The translations under genes and the position numbers were made by a program. From Chloroflexota bacterium (lineage in GTDB: Bacteria; Chloroflexota; UBA11872; VXOZ01), in NCBI GenBank assembly GCA_965221905.1, contig OZ244922.1, positions 3,232,001 through 3,296,000 on the forward strand: DNA of 64,000 bases. Reading direction: 5' to 3'. Below are positions 41,439-51,110 of the stretch, one piece after another. Position 1 is the first letter of the stretch; each line of letters starts with the position of its first letter. Under the pieces are notes generated by a model. The model did not search any database. It was not told where the DNA came from and saw only the letters and a list, made by a program, of their open reading frames with translations.

Positions 41439-41876
41439 TCAAGCACGATCGGTTGCGTCGGTCTCGGGATCGGCATGCTGAATCGCGGTGCCCCCCTCTT
41501 TTCTGAGAATCATTCTCGCCGTGTCCAGGTCAGTGCCCTGTACGACCACAAGCACCTGCACGCTCGTATCTTCCACTGGTATCGGGGGCGCCTTTTGACG
41601 GGTCAAGCGAGTATTGAAAAGCGCACCGGCCGCGCCGCAAATAACCATGACCGGCAGCAGGAATTCGCTCGGCACGAAGAATACCGTCGCCAGACCCAGC
41701 GCCCCGCCGATGACGCTCCCTTGCGCTCCGCGTAAGAAGACGCGGAACAGAGCGGCCCGAGAACCCTCGTGCTCGACCGGCACCATCTCCACGTCGAAGC
41801 CAAGCACCGCCAACTCCTCTACCGCTTGGAGCGCCGCATTCCGCGTGTGAAACGATCCGACAACCTGGATTGACAT
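41439..41876 (-). CDS. Hypothetical membrane protein (general-stress / Gly-rich hairpin type)
   Basis: VVGSF....A..A..L N-terminus, two Gly-rich TMs, ARMILRKEGG C-terminus. Confidence 0.6.
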   Translation of the reverse strand: MSIQVVGSFHTRNAALQAVEELAVLGFDVEMVPVEHEGSRAALFRVFLRGAQGSVIGGALGLATVFFVPSEFLLPVMVICGAAGALFNTRLTRQKAPPIPVEDTSVQVLVVVQGTDLDTARMILRKEGGTAIQHADPETDATDRA

Positions 41877-42090
41877 CAGGCATGCCTTTTAGTTATGGAG
41901 TCAAAGCACCAGCCATGACAAGCGCCGACTTTGAGGTGTTTTCAATGCGTTTTGGCGAATAGAATTCTCAGTGTCTATCGCCACTCTAGCGGTCTCCTAT
42001 CAAGATGACCTGGACATCGCCGCCCCTCGACGAAATACAACACTCTTTTGATGAAGTAAGGAAGGTGTGACTGCCTGCGATCCAGCAAAG

Positions 42091-42546
42091 TTAACGCCCC
42101 ATGCGGGCACGTGACGCTTCGCCGGATCCGACATCGTCATCACTCAGCGCGACGAGTTTCGGACCTCTCTTTGCAAGAGATAGCACAAAGTACATCGGGC
42201 CAGTTGCATCCTTCATTTTTTCCACAATTCTTGGCAGCCCTACGGTCAACATCAGGTGAACTTGCTGCGCGTTTACCGTGTTCTTAGTCCCACCGAGGCC
42301 CCGAACCCATACGACAGACACTCCCTCTCTCTTGAGTTGATCACCGTGCACTCTCTTCGCAGCGTGATCTTTAGTTATCCAGGCAAATTGGTTTTGCGCA
42401 AGCCACGAAATGAGGTCGGGGTCCTTTGCGCCGCGCTTACCGTACACCTCCGGATGCGTAATCGAGTGTCCAATTCCTGCAAGCTCGCGTGCTACCCGTG
42501 GCGGTAGGCTCTCATCGAGAAAGAACCGGATAGTCTCAGGCGGCAT
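42091..42546 (-). CDS. PIN-like toxin (VapC45 / DUF5615 family)
   Basis: RFFLDESLP, KD, WITKD; overlaps the upstream DUF433 gene. Confidence 0.8.
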   Translation of the reverse strand: MPPETIRFFLDESLPPRVARELAGIGHSITHPEVYGKRGAKDPDLISWLAQNQFAWITKDHAAKRVHGDQLKREGVSVVWVRGLGGTKNTVNAQQVHLMLTVGLPRIVEKMKDATGPMYFVLSLAKRGPKLVALSDDDVGSGEASRARMGR

Positions 42547-43273
42547 TGGACAGTAGCTGTTCCCACTCTAATGCGTCCCTAACTTGATCCTCATGCAAAT
42601 CGAACATCTCTGCGAGGGTCGCCTCGTTGTCGCCAGCTTGATAGAGGGACCAAAGAGAACGAGTCTCAATGCGAGTGCCCCTAATGCACGGCGCTCCGAA
42701 CTGGATTTCAGGATCGATGAGCACAGTTGGCGATGGCTGCCATAGTGCGGGCGTTCCCCCTGACGTAAACATGAGACCATGGTTCGCAGGGGTTAGGAAT
42801 TCAGACATGAACTCCTCAATCGCAAGCTGGCCGTGTTTTGTTGCCGCAATGAGCTCCTTGGAAAATTGCACGAACACGTCCGAACCTGCAGTCCACATCT
42901 GCTCAGTAACGAACGGTTGTGGGATTCCGCGAAGCTCCCGAATATATGTCTCGGCTGTCACGATGTCCTTGTAGGAGATTCCCCGTGATCGTAGCAAGGC
43001 AATCATGCGCATTCGCACGAGATCAGAGAACGTAATTACCCGTTCCGTGCTGGAGACTCTCACCGGTTCCTTCCACTCCGTCCCACGACGAATCCATTGC
43101 GACACGTGGTAGGTGGTTGCTGCAATGAACTTGTCGTGCCGCTGTTTCCACTGCCAAAGGTCAATTGCCGGAGGAGGCGTGGTTGCTCTCAGCAGCACCG
43201 CAGTTTCTCGAATGGTATACACTCCCGCAAAGAGCTCAGCATCGGGATGTTCTAATCTCGAAATCTGTGTCAT
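42536..43273 (-). CDS. DUF433 antitoxin (VapB45 / Rv2018-like)
   Basis: N-terminal HTH (YTIRETA, TFSDLV) and C-terminal IDPEIQFGAPCIRGTRI. Confidence 0.85.
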   Translation of the reverse strand: MTQISRLEHPDAELFAGVYTIRETAVLLRATTPPPAIDLWQWKQRHDKFIAATTYHVSQWIRRGTEWKEPVRVSSTERVITFSDLVRMRMIALLRSRGISYKDIVTAETYIRELRGIPQPFVTEQMWTAGSDVFVQFSKELIAATKHGQLAIEEFMSEFLTPANHGLMFTSGGTPALWQPSPTVLIDPEIQFGAPCIRGTRIETRSLWSLYQAGDNEATLAEMFDLHEDQVRDALEWEQLLSNAA

Positions 43274-43363
43274 GGCTCCATTTCTTTTCCCGGACGAGGG
43301 AACCCATTCATCGATTAATGGATGCTTGATGCCAGCCAGTTTGCCGTAACTCAGAAGATGAAA

Positions 43364-43729
43364 CTACTCGGCGCGGCGGGTGAGCAACGTCACCGCGTAG
43401 ATCAGTGCAATGAGCGGGACCGCCGAAAAGACCAGTGCCAGCCACCAGTCGCCACGCATATTCCCCGCCAGGATCGAAAGCGCGAGTGATGCATCGGCGA
43501 TCACGTTGACCAAGATAACTGCCGATCCGATCATGAGCAGCCGGCGGGGAGGCGCGTTCAGCACCACCATATAGAGGAGCACAGCCGCCGTAACCGGATG
43601 GATAAGCATAAGCGTGAGGCGCGACCAGAGGTCTCCTCCATCAGCAAAACCGCCCGTAAGGGCTGTCAATCCTGCTAAGAGGGCATGGATCACTCCCAGC
43701 GCGAGCACTACGACCCGAAACATCTTCAT
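43364..43729 (-). CDS. Hypothetical membrane protein (4 TM)
   Basis: AGGAG RBS; four hydrophobic helices. Confidence 0.65.
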   Translation of the reverse strand: MKMFRVVVLALGVIHALLAGLTALTGGFADGGDLWSRLTLMLIHPVTAAVLLYMVVLNAPPRRLLMIGSAVILVNVIADASLALSILAGNMRGDWWLALVFSAVPLIALIYAVTLLTRRAE

Positions 43730-44069
43730 GTTGGCTCCTGTACCTCGCTTTCTTCCTGCCGGTGATGTACGACGGCAGACAATTCGTGCATTTCATCCTG
43801 CTGCTGCTTGCGAGATCGGGCGCCGGCATAGGATTCCATACATCGCAGGAGAACCACTCACGTGCAAAGTGGCACGTCTCCACACGAACAGCTAGAGACG
43901 TATCTCCGGAAAATCAGGGCATTCCGGTCAAAGAGAGAGCCACATAAAGCCCAATTGTTGAAGGGCTATGGCGCTCGTGCCAGAGCAGTTTTGATACGCT
44001 GCCACGCTCTGGTATATAATGCCAGTCTTAAGTGCACTATACCTCTTTCTCCATGAAGGGTACAACCGT

Positions 44070-46151
44070 ATGAAGGCGTATGCGACGAGTTCAATTCGTA
44101 ATGTTGGGCTCTTCTCACATGTAGGCGCGGGCAAGACCTCTCTTGCGGAAGCGATGCTGTTTACTACCGGTGCAGTCAATCGTCTTGGCTCCGTAGACAA
44201 CGGCAGCACGGTGTCAGACTACGATCCAGACGAGGTCAAGCGCCAAATCTCTCTCAATCTTTCACTCATTCCCGTGGAATCCGGCGACGCCAAGATCAAT
44301 CTGCTCGACACGCCGGGCTACGCGGACTTTTCCGGTGAGGTAGCCAGCGCGCTCCACGTATCGGATGGCGCAGTGCTGGTGGTGGATGTGTCAAGTGGTG
44401 TGCAGGTAGGCACTGAGGAGTCATGGGAACGGATTACGGCAAATGAGCTTCCACGCTTGATATTTGTCAATCGTATGGATCGCGAGAATGCCGACTACTT
44501 TGCCACCTTGGAGAGCCTTCAGGAGTTCTTTGGCAGCAGTGTGGCGCCACTCCACGTTCCCATCGGTTCCGAAGACGACTTCAAGGGCGTGGTAGACCTC
44601 TTGGCGAACACTGCCTATCTCTACACCGAAAACGAAATAACCGAGTCCCCCGTTCCCGACGATCTTGAAGATACTGTCGAGGAGTACCGGCAGACGCTCA
44701 TCGAGAATGTGGTGGAACTCGACGACGCACTGACGGAGAAGTATCTTGAAGGCGAGGATATCACCGCCGAGGAACTTCAGGCCGCGCTTCACGAAGGTGT
44801 GCTCACCGGCCAACTAACACCGGTGCTGTGCGGCGCCGCAACCCGAAACGTCGGTGTGCAAGCGCTCATCGACGCCATCATCCGCTATCTCCCGTCACCG
44901 GCGGAGACTGCCGCCGCTACCGTAACCCATGCGGGTGAAGAGCAGGAGATTCCCCCTGATTCGGATGGACCGCTTGCGGCGTTTGTCTACAAGACCCTGG
45001 GTGATCCTTACGTTGGCAAACTCTCCTTTATTCGAGTCTACTCCGGCACGATGCGCTCAGACTCCCGAGTGTGGAACGTCAATGCTGAATCTGAGGAGCG
45101 TATCGGACAGTTGCTCTTTGTGCGCGGTCGCGAACAGGCACCGGCAGAGCACATCGCTGCCGGTGATATGGGCGCGGTGGCAAAGCTGACTCAGACACTC
45201 ACCAGCCACACGCTTGGCGAGCGCAAGCAACCGCTAGCGTTGCCGGCTGTCACGTTTCCACAGTGGCTCTTCACCGCCGCCATCGAGCCAACGTCGAAAG
45301 AAGACCTGGAAAAACTCAGCAGTGCGTTGGCCCGCGTTACAGAAGAAGACCCGAGTCTGCACGTTGAACGGCAACAGATCACCGGTCAGACACTCTTCTC
45401 AGGAATCGGCGAAACGCACATCAACGTCGCGCTGGAACGCATGAAGCGCAAGTTCGGCGCCGACGTAAAGACGATCCCCGTGAAAGTACCGTATAAGGAA
45501 ACGATCACCAAGACCGCAGCGGCGGAGGGCCGCTTTGTGCGCCAGACCGGCGGCCACGGACAATACGCGGTCTGCAACATTGAGATCGAGCCCACGGCAA
45601 GAGGAGAGGGCTTCGAGTTCGTGGACAAGATATTCGGCGGTTCGATCTCGGCCCCGTTCCGCGAAGCGGTGCACAAGGGTGTCCGCGAATCGATGAAAGA
45701 GGGCACGCTCGCCAGTGGCGAAGTGGTAGACCTGCGCGTGAGGCTGGTAGACGGCAAGGAACATACGGTCGATTCCTCCGACCTAGCATTTCAGATTGCC
45801 GGCTCCATGGCGCTCAAAGAGGCAATGGACAGGGCGAGACCGGTCTTGTTGGAGCCGATCTTGCAGGTGCGGGTACGCGTGCCGGAAGACCGCATGGGCG
45901 ACGTTATCGGGGACCTCACCAGCCGCCGCGCCAAGGTACACAGCATGGACATGGTGTCTCCCGGCACGATGGAAATCCAGGCGGAAGTGCCCCAGGCAGA
46001 GGTGCTGCGCTACGCCACCGACCTGCGCTCGCTCACCCAGGGACGCGCTACCTTTTTTTCTGAGTTCATAGGCTACGAGCAGGTACCTGCCAGCACGCAG
46101 GAACAAGTGGTTGAAGCGCACAAACGCGAGAAGGAAGAAGCTTCGGCATAG
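44070..46151 (+). CDS. fusA: Elongation factor G paralog (EF-G2 type)
   Basis: Full EF-G domain set with SHVGAGKT, RQISL, DTPG, NRMD, RQTGGHGQY, VDSSD; stand-alone, outside a str operon. Confidence 0.9.
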   Translation: MKAYATSSIRNVGLFSHVGAGKTSLAEAMLFTTGAVNRLGSVDNGSTVSDYDPDEVKRQISLNLSLIPVESGDAKINLLDTPGYADFSGEVASALHVSDGAVLVVDVSSGVQVGTEESWERITANELPRLIFVNRMDRENADYFATLESLQEFFGSSVAPLHVPIGSEDDFKGVVDLLANTAYLYTENEITESPVPDDLEDTVEEYRQTLIENVVELDDALTEKYLEGEDITAEELQAALHEGVLTGQLTPVLCGAATRNVGVQALIDAIIRYLPSPAETAAATVTHAGEEQEIPPDSDGPLAAFVYKTLGDPYVGKLSFIRVYSGTMRSDSRVWNVNAESEERIGQLLFVRGREQAPAEHIAAGDMGAVAKLTQTLTSHTLGERKQPLALPAVTFPQWLFTAAIEPTSKEDLEKLSSALARVTEEDPSLHVERQQITGQTLFSGIGETHINVALERMKRKFGADVKTIPVKVPYKETITKTAAAEGRFVRQTGGHGQYAVCNIEIEPTARGEGFEFVDKIFGGSISAPFREAVHKGVRESMKEGTLASGEVVDLRVRLVDGKEHTVDSSDLAFQIAGSMALKEAMDRARPVLLEPILQVRVRVPEDRMGDVIGDLTSRRAKVHSMDMVSPGTMEIQAEVPQAEVLRYATDLRSLTQGRATFFSEFIGYEQVPASTQEQVVEAHKREKEEASA

Positions 46152-46342
46152 ATCCCTAAATGCATCTGACACGCGCTGTGCCACCAGCGCAAAACGGCAA
46201 CCAACTCCCTAGGAGGCCCGTACCACGTGCGGGGCATGCGTTAGATTGCCCAGGCCAACCGGCGACAAGACTCCTTCTCTATTGGGAGACCATCGAAAAA
46301 CCCTCGTCAGAAGCAAATGACTAACTCCCTCTCCTTGGGGAG

Positions 46343-46629
46343 TGTATAGAACGGGTACCTGGGTTACACATGTTCGGGCACATAGGTTACACCATAGAAC
46401 TTGGGAGTTTTCGTAGAATGCAATGTCCTTGCCTTGAAAGCTAGATCCATTCAATACCCTAGTGCACACGGTTTGTTTCTCTGGCACAAGCTGCAAGCTG
46501 AACATGAGCACGTTGTGTCGCCAGTTGCGTCTCAATCCCCGCCCAACCCAAAGCTCCCGTAGGTGTCAATCAGTAAAATGTGTAACCCATGTCCCCGAAC
46601 AACTGTTACCCATCTCCCCGGTCTGTACA
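46343..46629. mobile_element. 287-bp non-autonomous TGT...ACA element (IS481-like MITE) inserted in a REP
   Basis: 50-bp imperfect IRs (40/50) with doubled GG(T/A)(T/A)ACA sub-repeats; 5-bp duplication GGGAG (46338-46342, 46630-46634); no transposase. Confidence 0.85.
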
Positions 46630-46740
46630 GGGAGAGGGGCGGGGTGAGGGGAAATCTTCACTGTTCCAGCCAGAATCCGCGTGTTCGTCAGAGTTTCGCA
46701 AACATCTTTCGAGAGAGTGTCACACTTTTGGAGGTAGGGT

Positions 46741-47061
46741 ATGAGACCGGTTAACGTCGCACCGATTCTTTCGGAAGATTCGCTCTTTCGCATTGTTGCC
46801 GGCACAGCGCAGAGTCAGGTCGGCATACTCGTGCTGGGGCCCGGCGAGAAGACCGGCGGCCTCCACGCCAGCGATCACCCGCAGTCCGACCAAGTGGTCT
46901 ACATCGTTTCAGGAAACGGCGAGGCGACAGTCCGCGACCAAACAGCACCCCTCGCCCCAGGCGATGTGCTCATCATCGAAGCCGGCGACCCCCACGAACT
47001 CCGCTGCACCGGCGACGAACCCCTCCGCACGCTGAACGTCTATGCCCCGCCCACATACTAG
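46741..47061 (+). CDS. Cupin domain protein
   Basis: HPQSDQVVYIVSG and GDVLIIEAGDPH cupin motifs; NVYAPP. Confidence 0.88.
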   Translation: MRPVNVAPILSEDSLFRIVAGTAQSQVGILVLGPGEKTGGLHASDHPQSDQVVYIVSGNGEATVRDQTAPLAPGDVLIIEAGDPHELRCTGDEPLRTLNVYAPPTY

Positions 47062-47327
47062 ATAGCAGCGCAATAGCGGAAAACCCAGCAGCATGTTGAC
47101 CATCCCTCGCTCAGTAGTGCGAGGATTAGCCTTGCTGAGCCAATCCAGACAGAAGTAGCGCAGTTCCTTCTGTCCAAATGCCGGAGCATGACGATAGAAT
47201 CCATCGCTGCGGTCAAGCCCACTGTGTTCCTTGAAGCCATATCGCTATCGAACTGAATTCTAGTCCATATTACAATCGTAACGAATGGCTCAGAAGCTAT
47301 AATGGAACTGCCGGGGAGTGTGGTTCA

Positions 47328-48929
47328 ATGAGTGGGAGCACAACGCGGGACACGTCAGCGATTATGCGACGGGTCAAATCGCGCGACACGGCACCAGAGA
47401 TTGCTATCAGAAAAGCTCTTTGGTTGCAGGGGATACGGTATCGACTGCACGTGCAAGGCTTACCAGGCAAACCGGACTTGGCGCTTCTCAAGAAGCGAAT
47501 TGCAGTCTTCATTGACGGTGACTTCTGGCATGGGGGACAATGGCGAAAACGTAATCTTACGGCGCTTCACGAGCAGTTTCGGACCACCTCGACGAAAGGC
47601 TACTGGATGAGCAAGATCCGGCGCAATATGGATCGAGACGCAAGAACCACGGCGTCTCTATTGGAAGAGGGCTGGACTGTTCTGCGGCTTTGGGAAAGTG
47701 AGATCAAGGATGATCTAGCCGGATCAGTTGAGACGGTCGTAGATGTGTCCAGAAACGGGGCTGAACCATCGAACTTAGCCCTTTTGCCGCAGCGAACCGT
47801 CGCTGAGTTTTTTGCGGGCATTGGGCTTGTCCGCTTGGGGCTTGAGCGTCAGGGATGGTCGGTGAAATACGCCAACGATATTGCCCCTCAAAAGGAGGAG
47901 ATGTATACGGCCCACTTTGGGACCGACGCCGAGTGTTTGCATGTGGGCGACATTCATGAGGTTGATGCCAAGAATCTACCAACGGTAACACTCGCTACCG
48001 CTTCATTCCCATGCAATGACCTGTCACTAGCAGGTGCGAGAAAGGGCCTCGCTGGAAAGCAGTCTTCAGCGTTTTGGGGTTTCGTACGCGTGCTGGAGGA
48101 CATGGGAGGTCAGAAGCCGCCCTTAGTTCTTATTGAGAATGTGCCTGGCTTCTTGAGTTCGCACCAAGGTGAGGACTTTAGGCGAGCGCTCACAGCACTG
48201 AATCGACTAGGATACGCAGTTGACCCGTTTGTGATTAACGCTTCTCACTTTGTTCCTCAGAGCCGCGCACGATTGTTTGTGGTGGGTCGATTGTGGAAAG
48301 AACACCAGAAGCAAGAGACTAGCCTACTCCAAGACTCGGCCATTACTATTGCGCGATCAAAACAGTTGCTTTCGTTTATCGCAGCGCATCCTGAGATCAC
48401 GTGGAGTCTTCGTCCTCTACCAACCTTGCCTCATCGAACGCAAACCCTTGAGTCGGTCCTAGAGGACTTGCCTGACGACGCGGCAGAGTGGTGGAGCGAA
48501 AAGAGAGCAGTGTACTTGTTCAACCAAATGAGCGAGCGTCACCGCGTGATAGCAGACCGCATGATTAGCGATGACTGTTGGTCATACGGAACGGTCTTCC
48601 GACGGGTGCGCTATGGCCGATCCATGGCGGAATTACGTACCGATGGAATTGCTGGCTGCTTGAGGACTACGCTGGGTGGAAGTGGTCGACAAATTCTCTT
48701 TAAGGCAGGCCACGGGCGCTACCTCGTACGTCTATTGACACCGCGGGAATGCGCTCGCCTCATGGGAGCAGATGACTTCACTATCGACGTGCCGCTCAAC
48801 CAAGCGCTCCATGCTTTTGGTGACGCGGTGTGCGTACCGGTGATTGACTGGATTGCGGAGCACTATCTTAATCCAGTCGTGAATGAGTTCATTCGCGGAT
48901 ACCCCCTACGGCTTGCTCAAGAACCATGA
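47328..48929 (+). CDS. dcm: Vsr endonuclease fused to DNA cytosine-C5 methyltransferase
   Basis: Vsr motifs SRDTAPE, PGKPD, FIDGDFWHG, LRLWES. MTase motifs EFFAGIG, SFPC, ENV, QSRAR, RECARL, FGDAV. Single uninterrupted frame. Confidence 0.92.
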   Translation: MSGSTTRDTSAIMRRVKSRDTAPEIAIRKALWLQGIRYRLHVQGLPGKPDLALLKKRIAVFIDGDFWHGGQWRKRNLTALHEQFRTTSTKGYWMSKIRRNMDRDARTTASLLEEGWTVLRLWESEIKDDLAGSVETVVDVSRNGAEPSNLALLPQRTVAEFFAGIGLVRLGLERQGWSVKYANDIAPQKEEMYTAHFGTDAECLHVGDIHEVDAKNLPTVTLATASFPCNDLSLAGARKGLAGKQSSAFWGFVRVLEDMGGQKPPLVLIENVPGFLSSHQGEDFRRALTALNRLGYAVDPFVINASHFVPQSRARLFVVGRLWKEHQKQETSLLQDSAITIARSKQLLSFIAAHPEITWSLRPLPTLPHRTQTLESVLEDLPDDAAEWWSEKRAVYLFNQMSERHRVIADRMISDDCWSYGTVFRRVRYGRSMAELRTDGIAGCLRTTLGGSGRQILFKAGHGRYLVRLLTPRECARLMGADDFTIDVPLNQALHAFGDAVCVPVIDWIAEHYLNPVVNEFIRGYPLRLAQEP

Positions 48930-49903
48930 CAAGCGCTAAAGCTGAAGAATCAGCCCTCGCGGCTATCAAGGCATGGCATGACGGACTGCCCGACTATTCA
49001 GGTGGCAAGGCGCGTGGCAGCATCGCTGCGGCACTGGTAACGCTTGAGCGCCTGAAAGAGTGCTATGATCTTGACATAGACGCTCACACTGCAAAGGGTG
49101 GAGCACAAATAAGTGGGCTTACGCCAGGACGAATAAAGAAGATTCTCGCGCATTTCGGTGAAGAGAGAAAGTACTTAGTTGAAGGAGGAAGAACGAACCG
49201 TGGCGCGCGAGGTGCGATGGGAACACTCCTCAATGCGCTAGAGCCTTTAGCAATGAAGGACCTTCGAGACTCAGAGCGTGGTCGCATCCTAGATGCCATG
49301 CAAGAGTTCCTCGTAGAGCGAGTTGTGGATTACTTTAACCGTCAGCGATTAGACCCTCCGTACGATCCGGCAGAGAGCACTTGGCATGCTATCCACCAGA
49401 TACTGCAAATAGCCAAGAAATCTGGGAAGTCCGGGCCCGTGGCTCAGCATCTTGTCGGGGCGAAACTGCAATTGCGGTTTCCTGACATTGAGGTACCGAA
49501 TAACCCCGCAAGCGCCGCCGACCAGCAAACGGGACGGGCCGGTGATTTTCAGATTGGGGATACCGCGTTCCACGTTACAGTTGCCCCGACGAGAGACAAT
49601 CTCTTTGAGCGAGTGAAGGAGAATATCCAGCATGGGCTGCGTGTCTACGTCTTGGTTCCTGACGAGAAAGTGACGACCGCGCGGGGATTCGCGGAAGAAC
49701 AGCTTCCAAGCCAAGCATCCCAGATCGCTGTGTGCGCGATCGAGTCGTTCGTGTCGCATAATATCGACGAACTATCCACGTTTGCGAAGGGCCAGCTTCT
49801 GCAGGGATTTCGGGCGCTCCTTGAGGCGTATAATCGGCGTGTAGACGCTGTGGAGTCAGATAAGTCCGTGCTCATTGACATTCCAGCAACGTTGCCGCAA
49901 TGA
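48926..49903 (+). CDS. DUF4928 family putative restriction endonuclease
   Basis: EGGRTNRG, VAQHLVGAKLQLRFP, ADQQTGRAGDF, FHVTVAP, YNRRV; ATGA overlap with the MTase gene. Confidence 0.8.
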   Translation: MTSAKAEESALAAIKAWHDGLPDYSGGKARGSIAAALVTLERLKECYDLDIDAHTAKGGAQISGLTPGRIKKILAHFGEERKYLVEGGRTNRGARGAMGTLLNALEPLAMKDLRDSERGRILDAMQEFLVERVVDYFNRQRLDPPYDPAESTWHAIHQILQIAKKSGKSGPVAQHLVGAKLQLRFPDIEVPNNPASAADQQTGRAGDFQIGDTAFHVTVAPTRDNLFERVKENIQHGLRVYVLVPDEKVTTARGFAEEQLPSQASQIAVCAIESFVSHNIDELSTFAKGQLLQGFRALLEAYNRRVDAVESDKSVLIDIPATLPQ

Positions 49904-49980
49904 TCATTGGAGTTTTCGCTCAGGCCACCGACTTTGTGTGCAAGCGCCCTTTCCTGTGGAAAGCCGGTAGGAGGCATGCA

Positions 49981-50163
49981 ATGTCAAGCGAGGAAGAAAG
50001 AGCCAAAGAGAATGCGCCTACGCAGGACCGCAATGATATCCCCTTTGAAAAAGGGTATCAGCCTGAGAGGAGCAACCTAGACCCCCGTAATCCACCTCAG
50101 GGTGGATCCGGCGTTCCTCCAAAATCACAGACTGGCACAAGCCAAGCTGAGAAAGACGATTAG
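49981..50163 (+). CDS. 60-aa hydrophilic peptide with GYQP...NPPQGGSGVP motif
   Basis: AGGAGG 6 nt before ATG; co-oriented with both neighbours. Confidence 0.6.
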   Translation: MSSEEERAKENAPTQDRNDIPFEKGYQPERSNLDPRNPPQGGSGVPPKSQTGTSQAEKDD

Positions 50164-50284
50164 GGACAGCAACCTGTATAGGGATCGTACGGGTCTTGCG
50201 AATTCTGGGTCCATGTTGGGATTGCCGATCCAGCGCAGTCATGAGTAGTATGGCGGTCTCAATTCCATTTGCCGGAGCAGGGCC

Positions 50285-51061
50285 ATGGAGACCTCCACCG
50301 CTGTCAAGCGCATCGTATGCCTTGCCAACTCTCGCAAACAAAAAGAACGCTGTATCGCCGGCAAAGAACTTTTGTCGGATGGGCGCCCCGGTGGGTGGGT
50401 GCGGCCCGTCAGCGACCGAGGGGATGAAGCAGTTAGTTCATTCGAGCGGCAGTACCGGGACCACAGCGAGCCGCGCGTGCTGGACGTTATCGACGTGCCG
50501 GTGCTTGAGGAGCGGCCAAACTCGTACCAGTCGGAAAACTGGCTGCTTGACCCGCATCCAGTTTACCCGCCCGTCTTTTGGAGTAAAGTGTGCCGCGTCA
50601 CCCTGGATGACTTACCACAGTTCACCGACCCGGCGGGGCCGCTATGGATTAACGGACACAGCAGCAACAATGGACGGAACGACAGAATCCCGCTCTACCT
50701 TGCCAATTCCCTTGATAGTTCTTTGCGTCTCATCCAGGTTGACCGGTTGGAATTGTCCACGACTAAGGCACAGTCCAAGCTAAGAGTGCAGGGACGCTTC
50801 TTGTATAAGCTGCAGGGGCGTTTCCGGTATGATGGAGTAGAGTTTCGGCTGAGCGTTACCGATCCCATATACGAGCAAGCGTTCGGAGAACGGCCCAATA
50901 GCAGCTATAGGCTTGAAGCCTGTTTCCTTACCATAAGCCTCGGCGGGCCGCACAAAGGCTACGCCTACAAACTCATCGCCGCCATCATTGCGCCTTCACA
51001 ACCAACTGTAACGGACTCTCCCATCGAGAGCACAGCGCAAATTCCGTTGTTCACCCATTAG
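50285..51061 (+). CDS. Dual-OB-domain-like protein, copy 1
   Basis: IVCLANSRK..RCIAGKE, WVRPVS, ENWL, NDR, SL.LI, VTDP, TISLG..YKLIAAI. Confidence 0.75.
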   Translation: METSTAVKRIVCLANSRKQKERCIAGKELLSDGRPGGWVRPVSDRGDEAVSSFERQYRDHSEPRVLDVIDVPVLEERPNSYQSENWLLDPHPVYPPVFWSKVCRVTLDDLPQFTDPAGPLWINGHSSNNGRNDRIPLYLANSLDSSLRLIQVDRLELSTTKAQSKLRVQGRFLYKLQGRFRYDGVEFRLSVTDPIYEQAFGERPNSSYRLEACFLTISLGGPHKGYAYKLIAAIIAPSQPTVTDSPIESTAQIPLFTH

Positions 51062-51110
51062 CGCATCGATGTGAGCGAAATAGTGAGATAACCAAGAAGA
51101 GGGCATATGC

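Noticed and set aside
42091-43273. Toxin-antitoxin pair as a novel system
   Set aside because: DUF433 plus PIN (VapBC45-like) is a known architecture.
46393-46580. Guide-like match between the MITE interior (CTTGGGAG, CCCCGCCC) and its target REP
   Set aside because: The matches are at most 8 nt of low complexity and are expected by chance.
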